From: Rhodosorus marinus CCMP1338
Taxonomy: Eukaryota; Plantae; Rhodophyta
Reading direction: 5' to 3'
NCBI GenBank assembly: GCA_029953675.1
Contig: JAMWBK010000002.1
Coordinates: 3,162,001-3,226,000, forward strand
Length of the DNA stretch: 64,000 nucleotides
Position numbers and translations under genes: made by a program. How positions within the stretch are numbered: the stretch's first letter is position 1; each line of letters opens with the position of its first letter. The notes beneath the pieces were generated by a model, which was given only the letters and a program-made list of their open reading frames with translations, was not told where the DNA came from and ran no database searches. Shown in pieces: positions 1 through 14,855 of the stretch.

Positions 1-1899
1 TCTTTGAGGTCGCACCCCCGCAACAATACAACTTTCTGTGTACTTATGTATTTACTGGAAATAACTTGGAATGATTTCTATTGATAGGGGTTAGAATGAG
101 ACATGGAATTTCATCGACGTGGAAGGGGGGTATTAAATTACTAAAATTTAGATTTTTAAGAAAATAGTTCACTTACAACATAATGCTGCCTCTCATGCCC
201 ACAGGGCGTAGGTGTCATATCTATTTTCGCATCGGAGAACAATGAATGGAGAGTTGAGAGACTCAAATGTACTTTGGCATCTCAAAAATGTTTCTGTATG
301 TTCTTCATCCCAGAGAAACACTCAAGAATATGAATGCAAAAAAGGAATGCCCTCGAAGGATCCACTATCTTCGCCCCTTCCACGCTCTGCCTCAAAACCT
401 TGACCGGCAGCAACTATATTTAGGACTAAGGACAACGTGCATTTATTCTGCCTACGTTCACGGCGTGGAATCGGCGGATTTCCCACACGAAAGCCTATAA
501 GGATCCCTCCCCCAGTGTCTTCCACCCCGTCTGCACGCCTGCGCACCTGCTAGAACACCAACAACCGCTTATTCAGAGCTAAATAGCCTGGGCCATCGGG
601 TCGTTCGATTTAGATTTATGCGACATGATGGTACCATGACCCGCTTGATTCGGAGATCTCCCAAAATCCCGGCAAGCCCTTAAATGCCTTAGACGAGACT
701 CAATCATTTTAGAGTGAAAGTTCGAAGGTACTGATTGGTGGGAATTGCGAGTCTCCTCTGGGTTCAATCATTATCTAAACCCTTTTCCGATAGAGCAGAT
801 CTTGTTACCAGATAGCGCGACGGATTTATCAAGCCTCTGCAAGCCCTGTGTGTTTCCGCTCTGCAGCTCTCCTGATTGGCGAAGCTATGGAGACTTCGGC
901 GCAGTGACTTGGTCAGTCTTGTTGTGTTGAGTGCGTTGTAGGGTCCACTGATATTCCTCATCATCAATTGTCGTTGTTCAGTGCTGGACCAGCACGTATG
1001 TTGGATTCCATATCTGAAAGGTTGAGTACGCGCGTCAGCGGATCGAGGACCACGGAAATAGCATGTTGCCTTGGAAAGGTTAGTAGCCCCTCTAGCAGGG
1101 CCGACCTCGATTCGCCCTGTCTAAGGAGACGGCGCCGTGTTCACTCGTTGCATGTACGGCCAGGTTGTTCCTTCACCATACGCCCAACGGCAGAGCCCTC
1201 TCGTATCTCCTAATCGCTTGGCCCGATGTTGAAAAACAGAGCTTGCCCCATACCGGTCAATTCGGGTGCTACATCGATATCCAGAGTACCTGACTGTTTT
1301 CGAGCTTCTTGGTGTGTCACCACCACGTGATCGCATTGTCTATTTTCCTGATGCCTTCAGAAGAAACTCGCCTCATGCGTCATCCGGCCTGGTGGGAACG
1401 GGTCAGCCCGTAATCTAATGAATATGCAAACTACGTGTTTCCACGGCCACTTTCTTGCTAGCAATGCATGGCCTCTCCTCAGTCGACAACTGGATCAATC
1501 AACGGGCAAGAGAACTATGCAGAAGACTGATCGCGCAGCCTTGGATCACGCACAGCCGGATTTCGGGCGTCCAAACGTTTCTCCATTGGACGTCCAGATA
1601 CCGCGGAGATACGCTTCCATCGTTGTCAGGGATTTCGAAGCCTCCACATTCCACGTTGTCTTGAGTTTTTTGTTAGTTTTTGGATTGAACTGGAAGACCG
1701 GCCTGAACGTCCTTGATTGCGGTCCATTGCTTTTTAATGATTGACTGTCAATCACTAAATTTGGACAGACTGTCGGTGCGCCCTTGATAAGAGCAAACGT
1801 CCAAACGTCAATTCAGGACAATTCCATTCGGATTGGACCCGATCGGCATGGTCCGGGGTCGATTTGATGTGTAGGCGTTCCCGTTTTAGGATATATCCT

Positions 1900-2982
1900 T
1901 CGATCTACATGCACAGGCTTGGATGCGATTCTCTTCCTTCGCGTACCGGACCGTCCGCAGGTCTTTGAGGGAGATTTCGTGCTTGCGTTTACGTGGCTCG
2001 CAGAGGTGACGTAGACGGCAAAGACAACTTCTCACTCTCGACCATGGCTTCTGCGCCACATTTCTTGTCCCGTTGTGGCTTTCTGCAGAATCTACTCCCA
2101 AACGAGGGATTCTTGCTCAGAACAAACATCGATCCAGGACGTTTCGTGCGGTCGGACAGATTCTCATCGGCTGTTGGACTTGATCGCCCTCGTCAGAGAC
2201 GACGCGGACGACTTCTCACTCTCGCTCTCGACTGTGGCTACTGTCCCACATTTCTTGTCCCGTTGTGACTTTCTGCAGCATCTGGTCATTCCAAATTGAG
2301 GAATTCTGGCAAGCGTTGTTCTTCGGAGTGGGCACGGAAATCTAGCTCTAGAGCTTGCTCTTGATCGGAAGTAACGCCAGAGTTTGAGTCGCACCTCAAA
2401 ACTGAGCCGGAAGTTCTCCGTCGCTTGCTCTGTAACGTCATGAACCATGTCTCCGTATTCCACAAGGGAAATGGGGTCGTTCGCCCCACTACTACTCGGG
2501 ACTATGACAAGGGTTTGTGTATACTCTTGCCGACCATGCCGGATGCCGCCATACACATGCCTGCATCTGTTCGTCCTACAAAACGAATATTAGAACCTGC
2601 TACTATTCAGGCGGAACTTCGTTCGGGAGCTTTTGTGCGAGAGGGAGGGCGCAATCAGGTGAGATAAACAACCCGGGAGGCGCATCTGTTAGGGTTTCCC
2701 GCTTGTTTTCCCCGCGGTAGCCAAAGGCATGGCGGAGGCTGCATGCATATCCCGTGTGAGATGGTCGTTCGCGCGTGTGTAACCGGTCAAAGTCAAATAC
2801 TTTGATCTTGCCAACTTGGCTAGTTCCCGCCCTTCCAGACAAACGTCCCCCCTGGACAACAAGCCAGCGAGCGCACTTTTGCTGTCCAGGAGTGAGCAAA
2901 AACCAGTAAATGCGGCGTCATCCGGAATGAGGGTTCCACCGAGCTCTCGTAGGACAAGCAATGACCACTCAGAGTCTGACAC
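1900..2982 (-). CDS. Possible multi-exon hypothetical protein; model unresolved, may extend further toward position ~320
   Basis: Minus-strand open frames 2689..2982 and 2164..2556. A phase-consistent intron (GTGAGA donor at ~2219 to CCAACAG acceptor at ~2171) joins two exons carrying a duplicated CRKxQRDKKCG peptide. No family recognised. Confidence 0.3.
2023..2283. repeat. Two-copy ~71-77 bp degenerate direct repeat (2023-2093 and 2207-2283)
   Basis: GACAACTTCTCACTCTCG-ACCATGGCTTCTGCGCCACATTTCTTGTCCCGTTGTGGCTTTCTGCAGAATCT versus GACGACTTCTCACTCTCGCTCTCGACTGTGGCTACTGTCCCACATTTCTTGTCCCGTTGTGACTTTCTGCAGCATCT: about 8 substitutions and one 6-nt indel. Confidence 0.9.
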
Positions 2983-4202
2983 CTCCTAGGCTTTTCGCTT
3001 TCTCACCCCTACCATTGGCTACAACAATCCTGAGTTTGGAGGCCAGGCTCTTAATACCAATACAACCACCCAATCTTCAGCTGGGACATGAAGCAGAAAA
3101 AAAACCTAATAAACGCGAACGTCCACTCAAATTCATTCGCTCGTATCGAGGACGCATTCAAAAGACCGCAAATTAAATATTCTGTCTACCTCTGTCCACA
3201 CAATGCAATGCGAACTCCAACCCTTTGGCAAATATCTGTGGGACAGTCACTATGTACCAAAGGAAACTTCAGAATATGTTCCCCAGCCTCAAATGCATCG
3301 CTTAGCATTGGTCTCGTCTCCTTCCGCGTTAACAGAAACCCCCCCTTCAAATACCATTTCTAATCTATATCTACTACTGCAGTGGTAGGTCCGCCAACGG
3401 ATTTTTGTTTGGAGTTAATGAATAACTATTTCGCATTTTCTACAAGTAGCCCCAACCCTCCCCCCCCCCAACACCCGGTCCCCTTTTCCTTCCTCTAGAA
3501 ACCCCAATATGAAAACCTGTTGACCAGAGCCGTTCACGGCCTCAAATAACCTTAAAAAAATTTCGATGAGGAATAACCACCTTAAGATTCAATTGGTAGA
3601 AGAACGAACTCCTCACATCTAATCTAAATATCTGTCCTTTCCTCCAATTAAAACCTTCCCTCAATACCCCTCCTTCGTCCCCGGCTAATTTCGAAAGAAA
3701 AATTAGTACATACAAAAATATATCGATATTATTTTATGTATATGAACAGAATGTGTTTTTTTTCGTCTTTGGAAATTAGAGTATCCCCGAATACCCTCAT
3801 CACCATTTCTGAGGGAGATTGTATGGAGTTCATAAGATATAATATACACTAGGAATAGTGTAAATACAGTAATATAAGTTTATAAATATTAATTTTTGAT
3901 TGTAGACGATAAAAATAGAGGTTAATTGCAGAATTACTAACCCCCGGCCTAAGGACGTATAGCCACAGATTCTCGGAGAGGACTGCGAAGTATGTCCACA
4001 AGATATGGGACACGTGTCTTTGCAAGGGTTTGTGTTGGGTTTCAGTATATGCCCTGGCTTGTGTCCCCTATACATGGGGGATGACCTCCAGTCAGATCTC
4101 GGCATTGACGGGTGCGGGAAGGGTGTCGTTGGGGTTTTGTGGGGCGGTTGTCGGGTTGTTTTGTGGTGTTTGTTGGGGCTGTCGAGGGTGATTTTCTGGA
4201 GA

Positions 4203-6929
4203 ATGACGGACCCTCATAAGGAAGGTAAGCCGCCCAAAGCAAGTCTTCTAATGTGCTCTGGACTGTTGACGCTGAACGATTCGTTTTGATGGTTTCATAG
4301 CTTGGAAGGATAACGCTGATGGGACCGCAGTGATTGCAGGTGACCCCTGGCTTGAGAACTGGCAGGACTCCCTACGCTACAGGTAGGGAGTTTGAATTGC
4401 ACGAGCTTGCTGTGCCGATGTCCATGTATGCGGGTGTCCCTGACGCAGCGCACTTCGTCTTGTGTCCCAACAGGTACAACCAGTACTCCGAAAAGAAGGG
4501 TGCGATTGAGGAACATGAAGGAGGCCTCGAAAACTTTTCGCAAGGGTACACCTACTTTGGGCTGATCCCAAACCGAAATGGTATCAACATCCGTGAGGTA
4601 AGGCGCTGAGCCCCATGGCTGCAAGCTAAACCGATACAATGCGCTGTTTTGCGGTGTTCTGAACTTTCATTGTGGATACCCTTTCTCTTAGTGGGCGCCG
4701 GGTGCCAAGGAGATGTTCGTGTTCGGCGATTTCAACGACTGGAACAGGTATGAGCATCGCATGGAGAAGGATGAGTTCGGCGTATGGAGCATCTTCCTCA
4801 GCAACAAGAAGGACGGCTCAGCGCCAATTGCTCATGGCTCAAAAGTCAAGTTAATGCTGGTTACTCATTACGACCATCATCTCGAGAGGAACTCAGCATG
4901 GTAAGGGTTCTGCACGCGTCTTTTCCCCGCTCCTTGTGTTTTCTGACAATCACTTTCCGCCATCACGCGTACAGGGCCAAGTATGTAGTGCAGAATCCGG
5001 AAACAAACCTCTTCGACGCTTGCTTGTGGAACCCGGAAAAGAAGGACACCTACAAGTGGAAGCATCAGGTCCATGTTCCTAAGCCGAAGTCGCTGAAGAT
5101 TTACGAATGCCACGTTGGTATGAGCTCCTGTGACGCACATGTTGCGTCCTACGACTATTTCACCGATTGGGTGCTTCCTCGTATCAAGAAGTTGGGATAC
5201 AATACGATTCAGATCATGGCCATTATGGAGCACGCCTACTATGGGTCGTTCGGTTACCATGTTACGAACTTTTTCGCCGTCAGCAGCAGAAGCGGAACAC
5301 CGGAAGGTTTGAAGCGGTTGATCGATACTGCACATTCCATGGGGATAAGTGTGTTGATGGACATTGTTCACTCACATGCGTCCTCTAATGAAATGGACGG
5401 TATTGGGAATTTCGATGGCTCCGGTGGACAGTACTTCCACGAGGGAGACCGTGGTTACCATTCGCTGTGGGACAGCAAATGCTTCGACTATGGCAAATGG
5501 GAGGTTATGCGTTTCTTGCTCAGCAACCTTCGTTTCTGGGTTGACGAGTACCACTTCGATGGGTTCCGCTTTGACGGAGTTACATCCATGCTGTACACTC
5601 ATCATGGAATTCACATGTCGTTCAGTGGGAACTACGATGAGTACTTTGGATACCAGATGGACGTCGACGCAAACGTGTACCTCATGCTTGCCAATGAGAT
5701 GCTTCACGATATGTACCCTGACAGCATGATTACCATTGGAGAGGATGTGAGTGGCATGCCCACTCTGTGCCGCCCTGTGCAAGAAGGAGGCATAGGATTC
5801 GACTACCGACTCGCGATGGCGATCCCCGATGTCTTCATCGAGCTCTTCGAGAAGGTGCCCGACGAGCATTGGAACATTGGACATCTCGTTCACACACTAA
5901 CGAACAGACGCTGGAACGAAAAGACGATTGCGTACTTTGAGTCGCACGACCAGGCTCTCGTCGGCGACAAGACGATGGCTATGTGGCTGATGAATGCGGA
6001 CATGTACTACAACATGGAGGTAGACAAGTGGCCAACCGAAACAGTAGAGCGCGGTATTGCCCTGCACAAGGTGCTCCGACTCCTTGTATACAGTCTGGGT
6101 GGCGAGGGATACCTGAACTTCATGGGCAACGAATTTGGGCATCCGGAATGGATAGACTTTCCCCGTGAGGGTAATGGGTTCTCGTACAGCCACGCGAGGA
6201 GGAGATGGGACCTTCCGGCGAACGAAGGTCTCCGGTTCAAGTTCCTCGAGAAGTAAGTTGAAGGTGTCAATGTCTGTTCTCCTATGCATCGCTCCTGCTG
6301 ACGTCTTGGATCGTCTTTCTCAGGTTCGATGAGCTCATGCACGGGGTGGAAGACGAGCATTTCTTCTGTCGTGAGAATGTGCACCAGTATGTGGTCCTTC
6401 AGAACGAGGAAGACAAGGTCATCGTTGTTGAGAAAGGAGATCGTCTAGTTTTCTGCTTCAACCTTCATCCGTGGAAGCAGTACGACAACTACAGGGTCGG
6501 CACGAACTGGAGAGGAAAGTATAAAACCGTCCTTGATACTGACTCCTGGAACACTGGCGGTGGAGGCAGAGTGAACTGGGACGACAAGGAAACCAGCGAT
6601 GAGGGGTGGAATGATAGAAAGGCATCCTTATTCGTCACCATCCCACCAAGGTCAGCGCAGGTTTACTACTGCCACGAATGGTATGACGAGGGGAAGGAGG
6701 GCACTGAAAAATCCGCGGCCGCATCGAAAGCCAAAATGTCAAAGGATGGGGTAAAGGTAACCAAAATGTCAAAGGATGGGGTAAAGGTACTTTCTACCTT
6801 GACATGCAAGTTTTTCCCAATGCTCACGAAAATGGGTCTCCATGAAATCATAATTAGGTCAAAAGTAAGTGGTTTGGAACGATGGTTGACGGTATGACCG
6901 GATCCAAAGGAGAAGGTGTTGGCGCATAA
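4203..6929 (+). CDS. SBE: 1,4-alpha-glucan (starch/glycogen) branching enzyme, GH13_8 type with CBM48
   Basis: Spliced protein [35 protein letters not shown]...[18 protein letters not shown]...IYECHVGMS...[10 protein letters not shown]...[12 protein letters not shown]...IGEDVSGMP...[14 protein letters not shown]...[19 protein letters not shown]. Introns 4225-4300, 4383-4473, 4598-4691, 4901-4974, 6253-6323 and a probable last intron ending 6857 (unspliced stop would be 6897). No transit peptide, consistent with cytosolic floridean starch. Confidence 0.97.
6731..6790 (+). repeat. 30-bp tandem duplication (2 copies) spanning a splice donor at the SBE 3' end
   Basis: CCAAAATGTCAAAGGATGGGGTAAAGGTAA / CCAAAATGTCAAAGGATGGGGTAAAGGTAC; encodes KMSKDGVK twice. 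Confidence 0.95.
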
Positions 6930-6946
6930 GAACCAAAACTGATCTG

Positions 6947-8121
6947 TCAGTCAGAGGAGTTTGCTCTATTTGAAGCAAACGCAATGTGAGGCCTGTCGTA
7001 CATGAGAGAAGCAAAAGCGGCGGCCGGTGTAGCATATTTGAAGCGCCGCGGGGACTTAGGAGACTCTTCGTCAACTGTTAGTGACAGTATTGTGCGTGTT
7101 TCAACATTTTCGTCTAAAGTATACTGCTCCGAAAGAAAGGCACGGGATTTTCTCAGCGGCTCACCACCACCCCTCACAATTCCAACCCATCGCAACCTCA
7201 TTGCTGAAACCCCCCGAAGCAACAAGTGCAGCTCTCAAAGGAGCACCGTCCTGCTTGAACAGCTCTCTCAAGGTCGTTTCGAACATATAGACTTACCAAG
7301 CGAATCAAAACTCAGCAAACAGACACCTATTGTGACAGTGTCGCGGTCAACTCCACCCGTCGGCTTTGTACTCGTCCCTCATCGTCTCTTTCAGGACTCT
7401 CCAAGCGTGAAGACTTCTCCAACGAACAGAGCTTGATCTTTTCAAACCGCCTTGCTTCAACCGTATCGGTTTTGAAGCTGTAGTTGATCTGTCCCTCCGA
7501 AGTCTGAAGATCTTCGCTCATATCGGCTTAATGAATCTGTCTTCATCTTTCTCTCCCAGGACTGGACATCTCGTTCCTCCTCGCGGGGAAAGGAATTGAT
7601 CTGCATTCATATCGCCTTCGAAGCCGTCTTTGCGCTTGCTCTCCAAGGACTGGAGACCTCTTTCCTCTTCCTTTCCATGAGAAGAGTTGCCTGTTTTCAC
7701 CCAGTTCTTGCTTTTGTCGTATCGGTTCTGAAGCTCTACAGTCTTCCAACAAGGACATTTCATTCCAAGTGTGATGTTGTTTCTCACCAGAGCTGTGGGA
7801 AGGTGTGCCAGGAAGTCATGGAGTCCTCGGAAGTTTCGGTCTACTTAGTTCGGTCTGGTGAAGAGTCGTCTATGGTCAGCGGCTAAGCAGACCAGCGATG
7901 GGGAGCTTTTTTTTGGTGTTCATGAGGACTTGTTAGTAGACTGAAGGTTGATTGAGGTGTGAGTTTGTTTGTGTTACTGGAGCTCGGGAAGAGTGCCTGG
8001 ATGTGAAGTCGTTTATATAGCGGGTGGAAAGAGTTTCGTCTACATAGTTGGGTCTGGTCAGACTTTTGTTGTTGTTCGGGGTTGAGGAGACTGGAGTTAG
8101 GGACAAGGGCGAAGGTTTCAT
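6947..8121 (-). CDS. Possible multi-exon hypothetical low-complexity protein
   Basis: ATG at 8121 (MKPSPLSLTPVSSTPNNNKSLTRP...), open frames 7518..7787 and 7327..7521, and a last exon after CTAACAG (VDEESPKSPRRFKYATP...SSD*). Exon joins not resolved; no family recognised. Confidence 0.3.
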
Positions 8122-8214
8122 TCTTGCCGTTTCGGCCGGAACTTTTTGGCCTTTTACGTTTGGGTTTACTCTTTGAGGTTTTGGGCCGCCGTGAGCTCTT
8201 TACTGGTTTGAGAA

Positions 8215-10637
8215 ATGAAGGAGAAAGTAAAGCAGAAGCGTGTGAGTATATTTTCTGTTAGTGAAGCTAGTTTGGGAGTTGGTGGTGTGGATGGGATTGC
8301 TGTGGCAACTTCAGATGGAGGTGAGGAGTATGTAGATGTGAAGGACTTGAGCGAGGAGGAGGGCGAGGAGAGCCAGAGGGTTGGAATTGAAGGATCTGCA
8401 GTGTGTTTGACGTGCGATGGGATTCACTTTGAGGACTACCTCGAGCAGAGGGAACATTTCGGAACGGATTGGCATCGTCACAATGTGAGGAGGAAGGCCA
8501 GGAAGAGACCTCCTTTATCCGAAAGTCATTTTGAGAAACTCGCAGATACACTTTCGATTTCGGGCTCCGAGGATGAAGATGAGGAGGACCGTGAAGAGGA
8601 GGAATTCCAGCGGCTTGAAGCAATTCGAAGAACCCCGAAGCTTGAGTATAACTTGGCTTCTGGAGAATATTTGAGCGCTTGGAAAGCTGCCCTGCCAGAT
8701 AACAGCTCACTCAGTAGCCTGAAGAACATGAAATTGACCTGTGTTTTCCTTGCCGGTGGCGGACACTTCGCTGGAGCAGTTTTTGGTCCGCAAGGAAAGG
8801 TGAGACTCTCGCTCTCACAACGTTAAGTTCTAGGGCGGAAGATTTTGCACACAATTCTCGAGAGGAGACTGTGCTAACAATTTTCTGATATTACTTGTGT
8901 CGTCGTGTTCCCTTTCTTAGGTTTTAAAACATCAAACTTACCATCGGTATACATCCAGGAAGAAGCAAGGAGGAGAGCAGGACTACAACGAGAAGGCATC
9001 CAGAGCGAAATCTGCTGGAGCGCAGATTAGGAGGTACAACATGCAACTGTTGAGACAGGAAATCCGGGGCGTACTGAAGGACTGGACAAACGAAATCCAC
9101 AATGCGGATCTCGTATTTCTCCACGCTCCGGGCAAAGGAACGAGAGAGACGTTTCTGGGATACCCCGATTCTCCATTGAAAGGTAAGAATTATGCTTTGC
9201 TTTTCACGACCGCAACAGGCAAAGTAGTTAGTCCCCCGGAGATCGACAAGACAGTTCGTCGTGATCGGATGGATAACCACTCACGTTGGAAATTCCATGA
9301 CTGCAATCATGAATTTCTTGACATATCAAGCCGGTTCTTCTATTTCGCGTCATCAAACCTTGTGCTGAGCTTGCTAGTTCCTTGCGCCTTCTCCACAACA
9401 ACGTGTAACTCAACAACGGATTCCGCTTTTGTACGATTTCTTCCAGATGTTCAATTGAGACGAATACCATTCACAACAAGGCGGGCGACGCTGGATGAAG
9501 TGAAGCGCGTCATGTCCGAGCTTACATCTGTGTACTTGAGCTCCCAGTCTGTCGTGGAGGTAGTTTCTGTACCGAAGAAAGCTCTCGATGTCAAGGTAGT
9601 GTATCCAAAAAACCACGTTGTCTCACCAGTCGCCCTCCCTGAAAGCCGTCTCCTCTAAATGCGAACCTCGGTGCTTTCGTGGAATTTCGTAGAAGGGAGA
9701 TGCTGTCACATCCAGGGCTACCATCGCAGACAGCAAGCCCCCCGCGGAAAAAGGAACGGCACATCTGAAAACGAAGGTTCCGAAACCTCAGGAAACAGAC
9801 CTCTTGGACAAGGAGATACGCGTGGTTCGTGAGGAACTTCAAGTTCCCGAGGATGTTTTACAACTCTTCGAGGCATGTTGCATAGGGGATGTGGTCACGG
9901 CAAAGCGGGTGCTAGAAATCGATCGAATTGATGCGAAATTCCCACAGGGATGCCGATATCAGAAGGACCAAAAAGTTGACGTGGACGGGACGGGATTGAG
10001 CCCTCTGGAAGTGGCAGCTTCGCTCGGGCATCACGAGCTTGTGCTCACTATTCTGGAGCTTGGAGGAAATCCAGTTGAGGGATCACCCTACCTTCGCGCC
10101 GCTGATAAGGAAACCCGGGATACGTTTAGACGGTTCTGGGCACTTAACCCAGACCGCTGGGACTTTGCGGCTGGAGGCATTCCTTCTCCCCTGACTTCTC
10201 ACATGGAGGCCGAGAGAGAAGCGAAACTGCGGGAGAAGCGGAGGAAAGCCAAGCAAAAGAAGAAGGCGAAGTCGAAGCAAGAAAAAGCTGAAGCTGAGGC
10301 TGCTCAGCAAGCTGCTGAGGCGAGAGCCGTGTGGGAGTGCGTGCCGAAGCCCAAAGCTGTTCGAAACGTTGCGTTCACGTTGTCTTTGTCGATTGCTCTG
10401 TTTCATTCTGTTCCCACCTTGGCGTCCATCTCACTGCTGTGGTGGCTTGCTCGTAGGAGGCTGCCGGAAAGGGAAAAGCGAGCCATGGCCCTCGAGGGAA
10501 GACTGAACTTAAAGACAGCGACGTGTCGGTGGTGTGGCAAGTCGCTTGTAGGAATAACACCTTTCGAGCGCTTGAGTTTCAAGTACTGTTCAACTACCTG
10601 TGTTCATGCGCACCGGGAAGAGATCGAGAACTCATGA
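8215..10637 (+). CDS. ANKZF1: ANKZF1/Vms1 ribosome-quality-control tRNA endonuclease (C2H2 finger, VLRF1 domain, ankyrin repeats, coiled coil, C-terminal treble clef)
   Basis: CLTCDGIHFEDYLEQREHFGTDWHRHNVRRK finger; VFLAGGGHFAGAVF; HQTYHRYTSRKKQGGEQ catalytic loop; KSAGAQIRRYN; IPFTTRRATLDEVKRV; ankyrin SPLEVAASLGHHELVLTILELGGNP; LPEREKRAMALE; CRWCGKSL...FKYCSTTCVHAH. Introns 8800-8920, 9183-9446, 9596-9692, 10337-10456. Confidence 0.93.
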
Positions 10638-10665
10638 AAGGGTTCTTGCTCTGTTCATATATATT

Positions 10666-14202
<3,537 letters not shown>

Positions 14203-14459
14203 TCGCAACCAAAGAGAACAAGACAGAAACCAGAACTGGCCCTGCTCAAAATGCCATCTTCAGCTTCACCTGGTTAACTAGTTGCAGTCGTAGACTCTCA
14301 GTCGTACCCTTTACAGTAACCAAGATCTGAAAAATAGGGATTCTCTTCAAGCTCTCTCTCCCTCTCTCCTTCTCTCCCGCTTTCTCTCTTATCCAATCGC
14401 AGGGATCGTCACGACCGGCGTTAACCATTTTACTAAAACGTATACTTATATGTACAAAT

Positions 14460-14504
14460 GCCTACTAAGCATGATCTGAGTATCGCGGATCATGCTTAGT
14501 AGGC
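14460..14504. other. Perfect 17-bp inverted repeat with 11-nt loop (hairpin)
   Basis: GCCTACTAAGCATGATC (14460-14476), TGAGTATCGCG, GATCATGCTTAGTAGGC (14488-14504); the arms are exact reverse complements. Confidence 0.95.
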
Positions 14505-14561
14505 GTTGGCGAAGAGGAGAGGCTGGGACATCTCTACTTTGGCAACCTGATGCACACGAAT

Positions 14562-14855
14562 TTAGACATTCATTAGAGAACGTACAATTTCGTCTGCAAG
14601 AGCGTGATACCTCTGATCGTTTGCTTTGAGTTTTGCCAGCCAAAACGTCAGCCGGTTCCGAGTGGACACGTTCGAAGGCCCCTCCTGGTACTCAACCTCC
14701 TCGCCATCAACGTTGGTCTGATGTTGGAGGGGCGCGATGTTGACTCTTCAGTTTGCTCTCTCATTTCTCCCCACGGCGGTTTTATTACCTCTCAAAATAG
14801 ACCAACTTCTCACACCTTTCCAAACGCCAGACCATATTTCAGCAAGCTTCACCAT
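14562..14855 (-). CDS. Probable small two-exon hypothetical protein (~73-82 aa), absent from the ORF track
   Basis: ATG at 14855 (MVKLAEIWSGVWK...). A phase-1 donor at 14815 (GTGTGA) or 14788 (GTAATA) joins an AG acceptor at 14744, giving VNIAPLQHQTNVDGEEVEYQEGPSNVSTRNRLTFWLAKLKANDQRYHALADEIVRSLMNV*. Confidence 0.4.
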
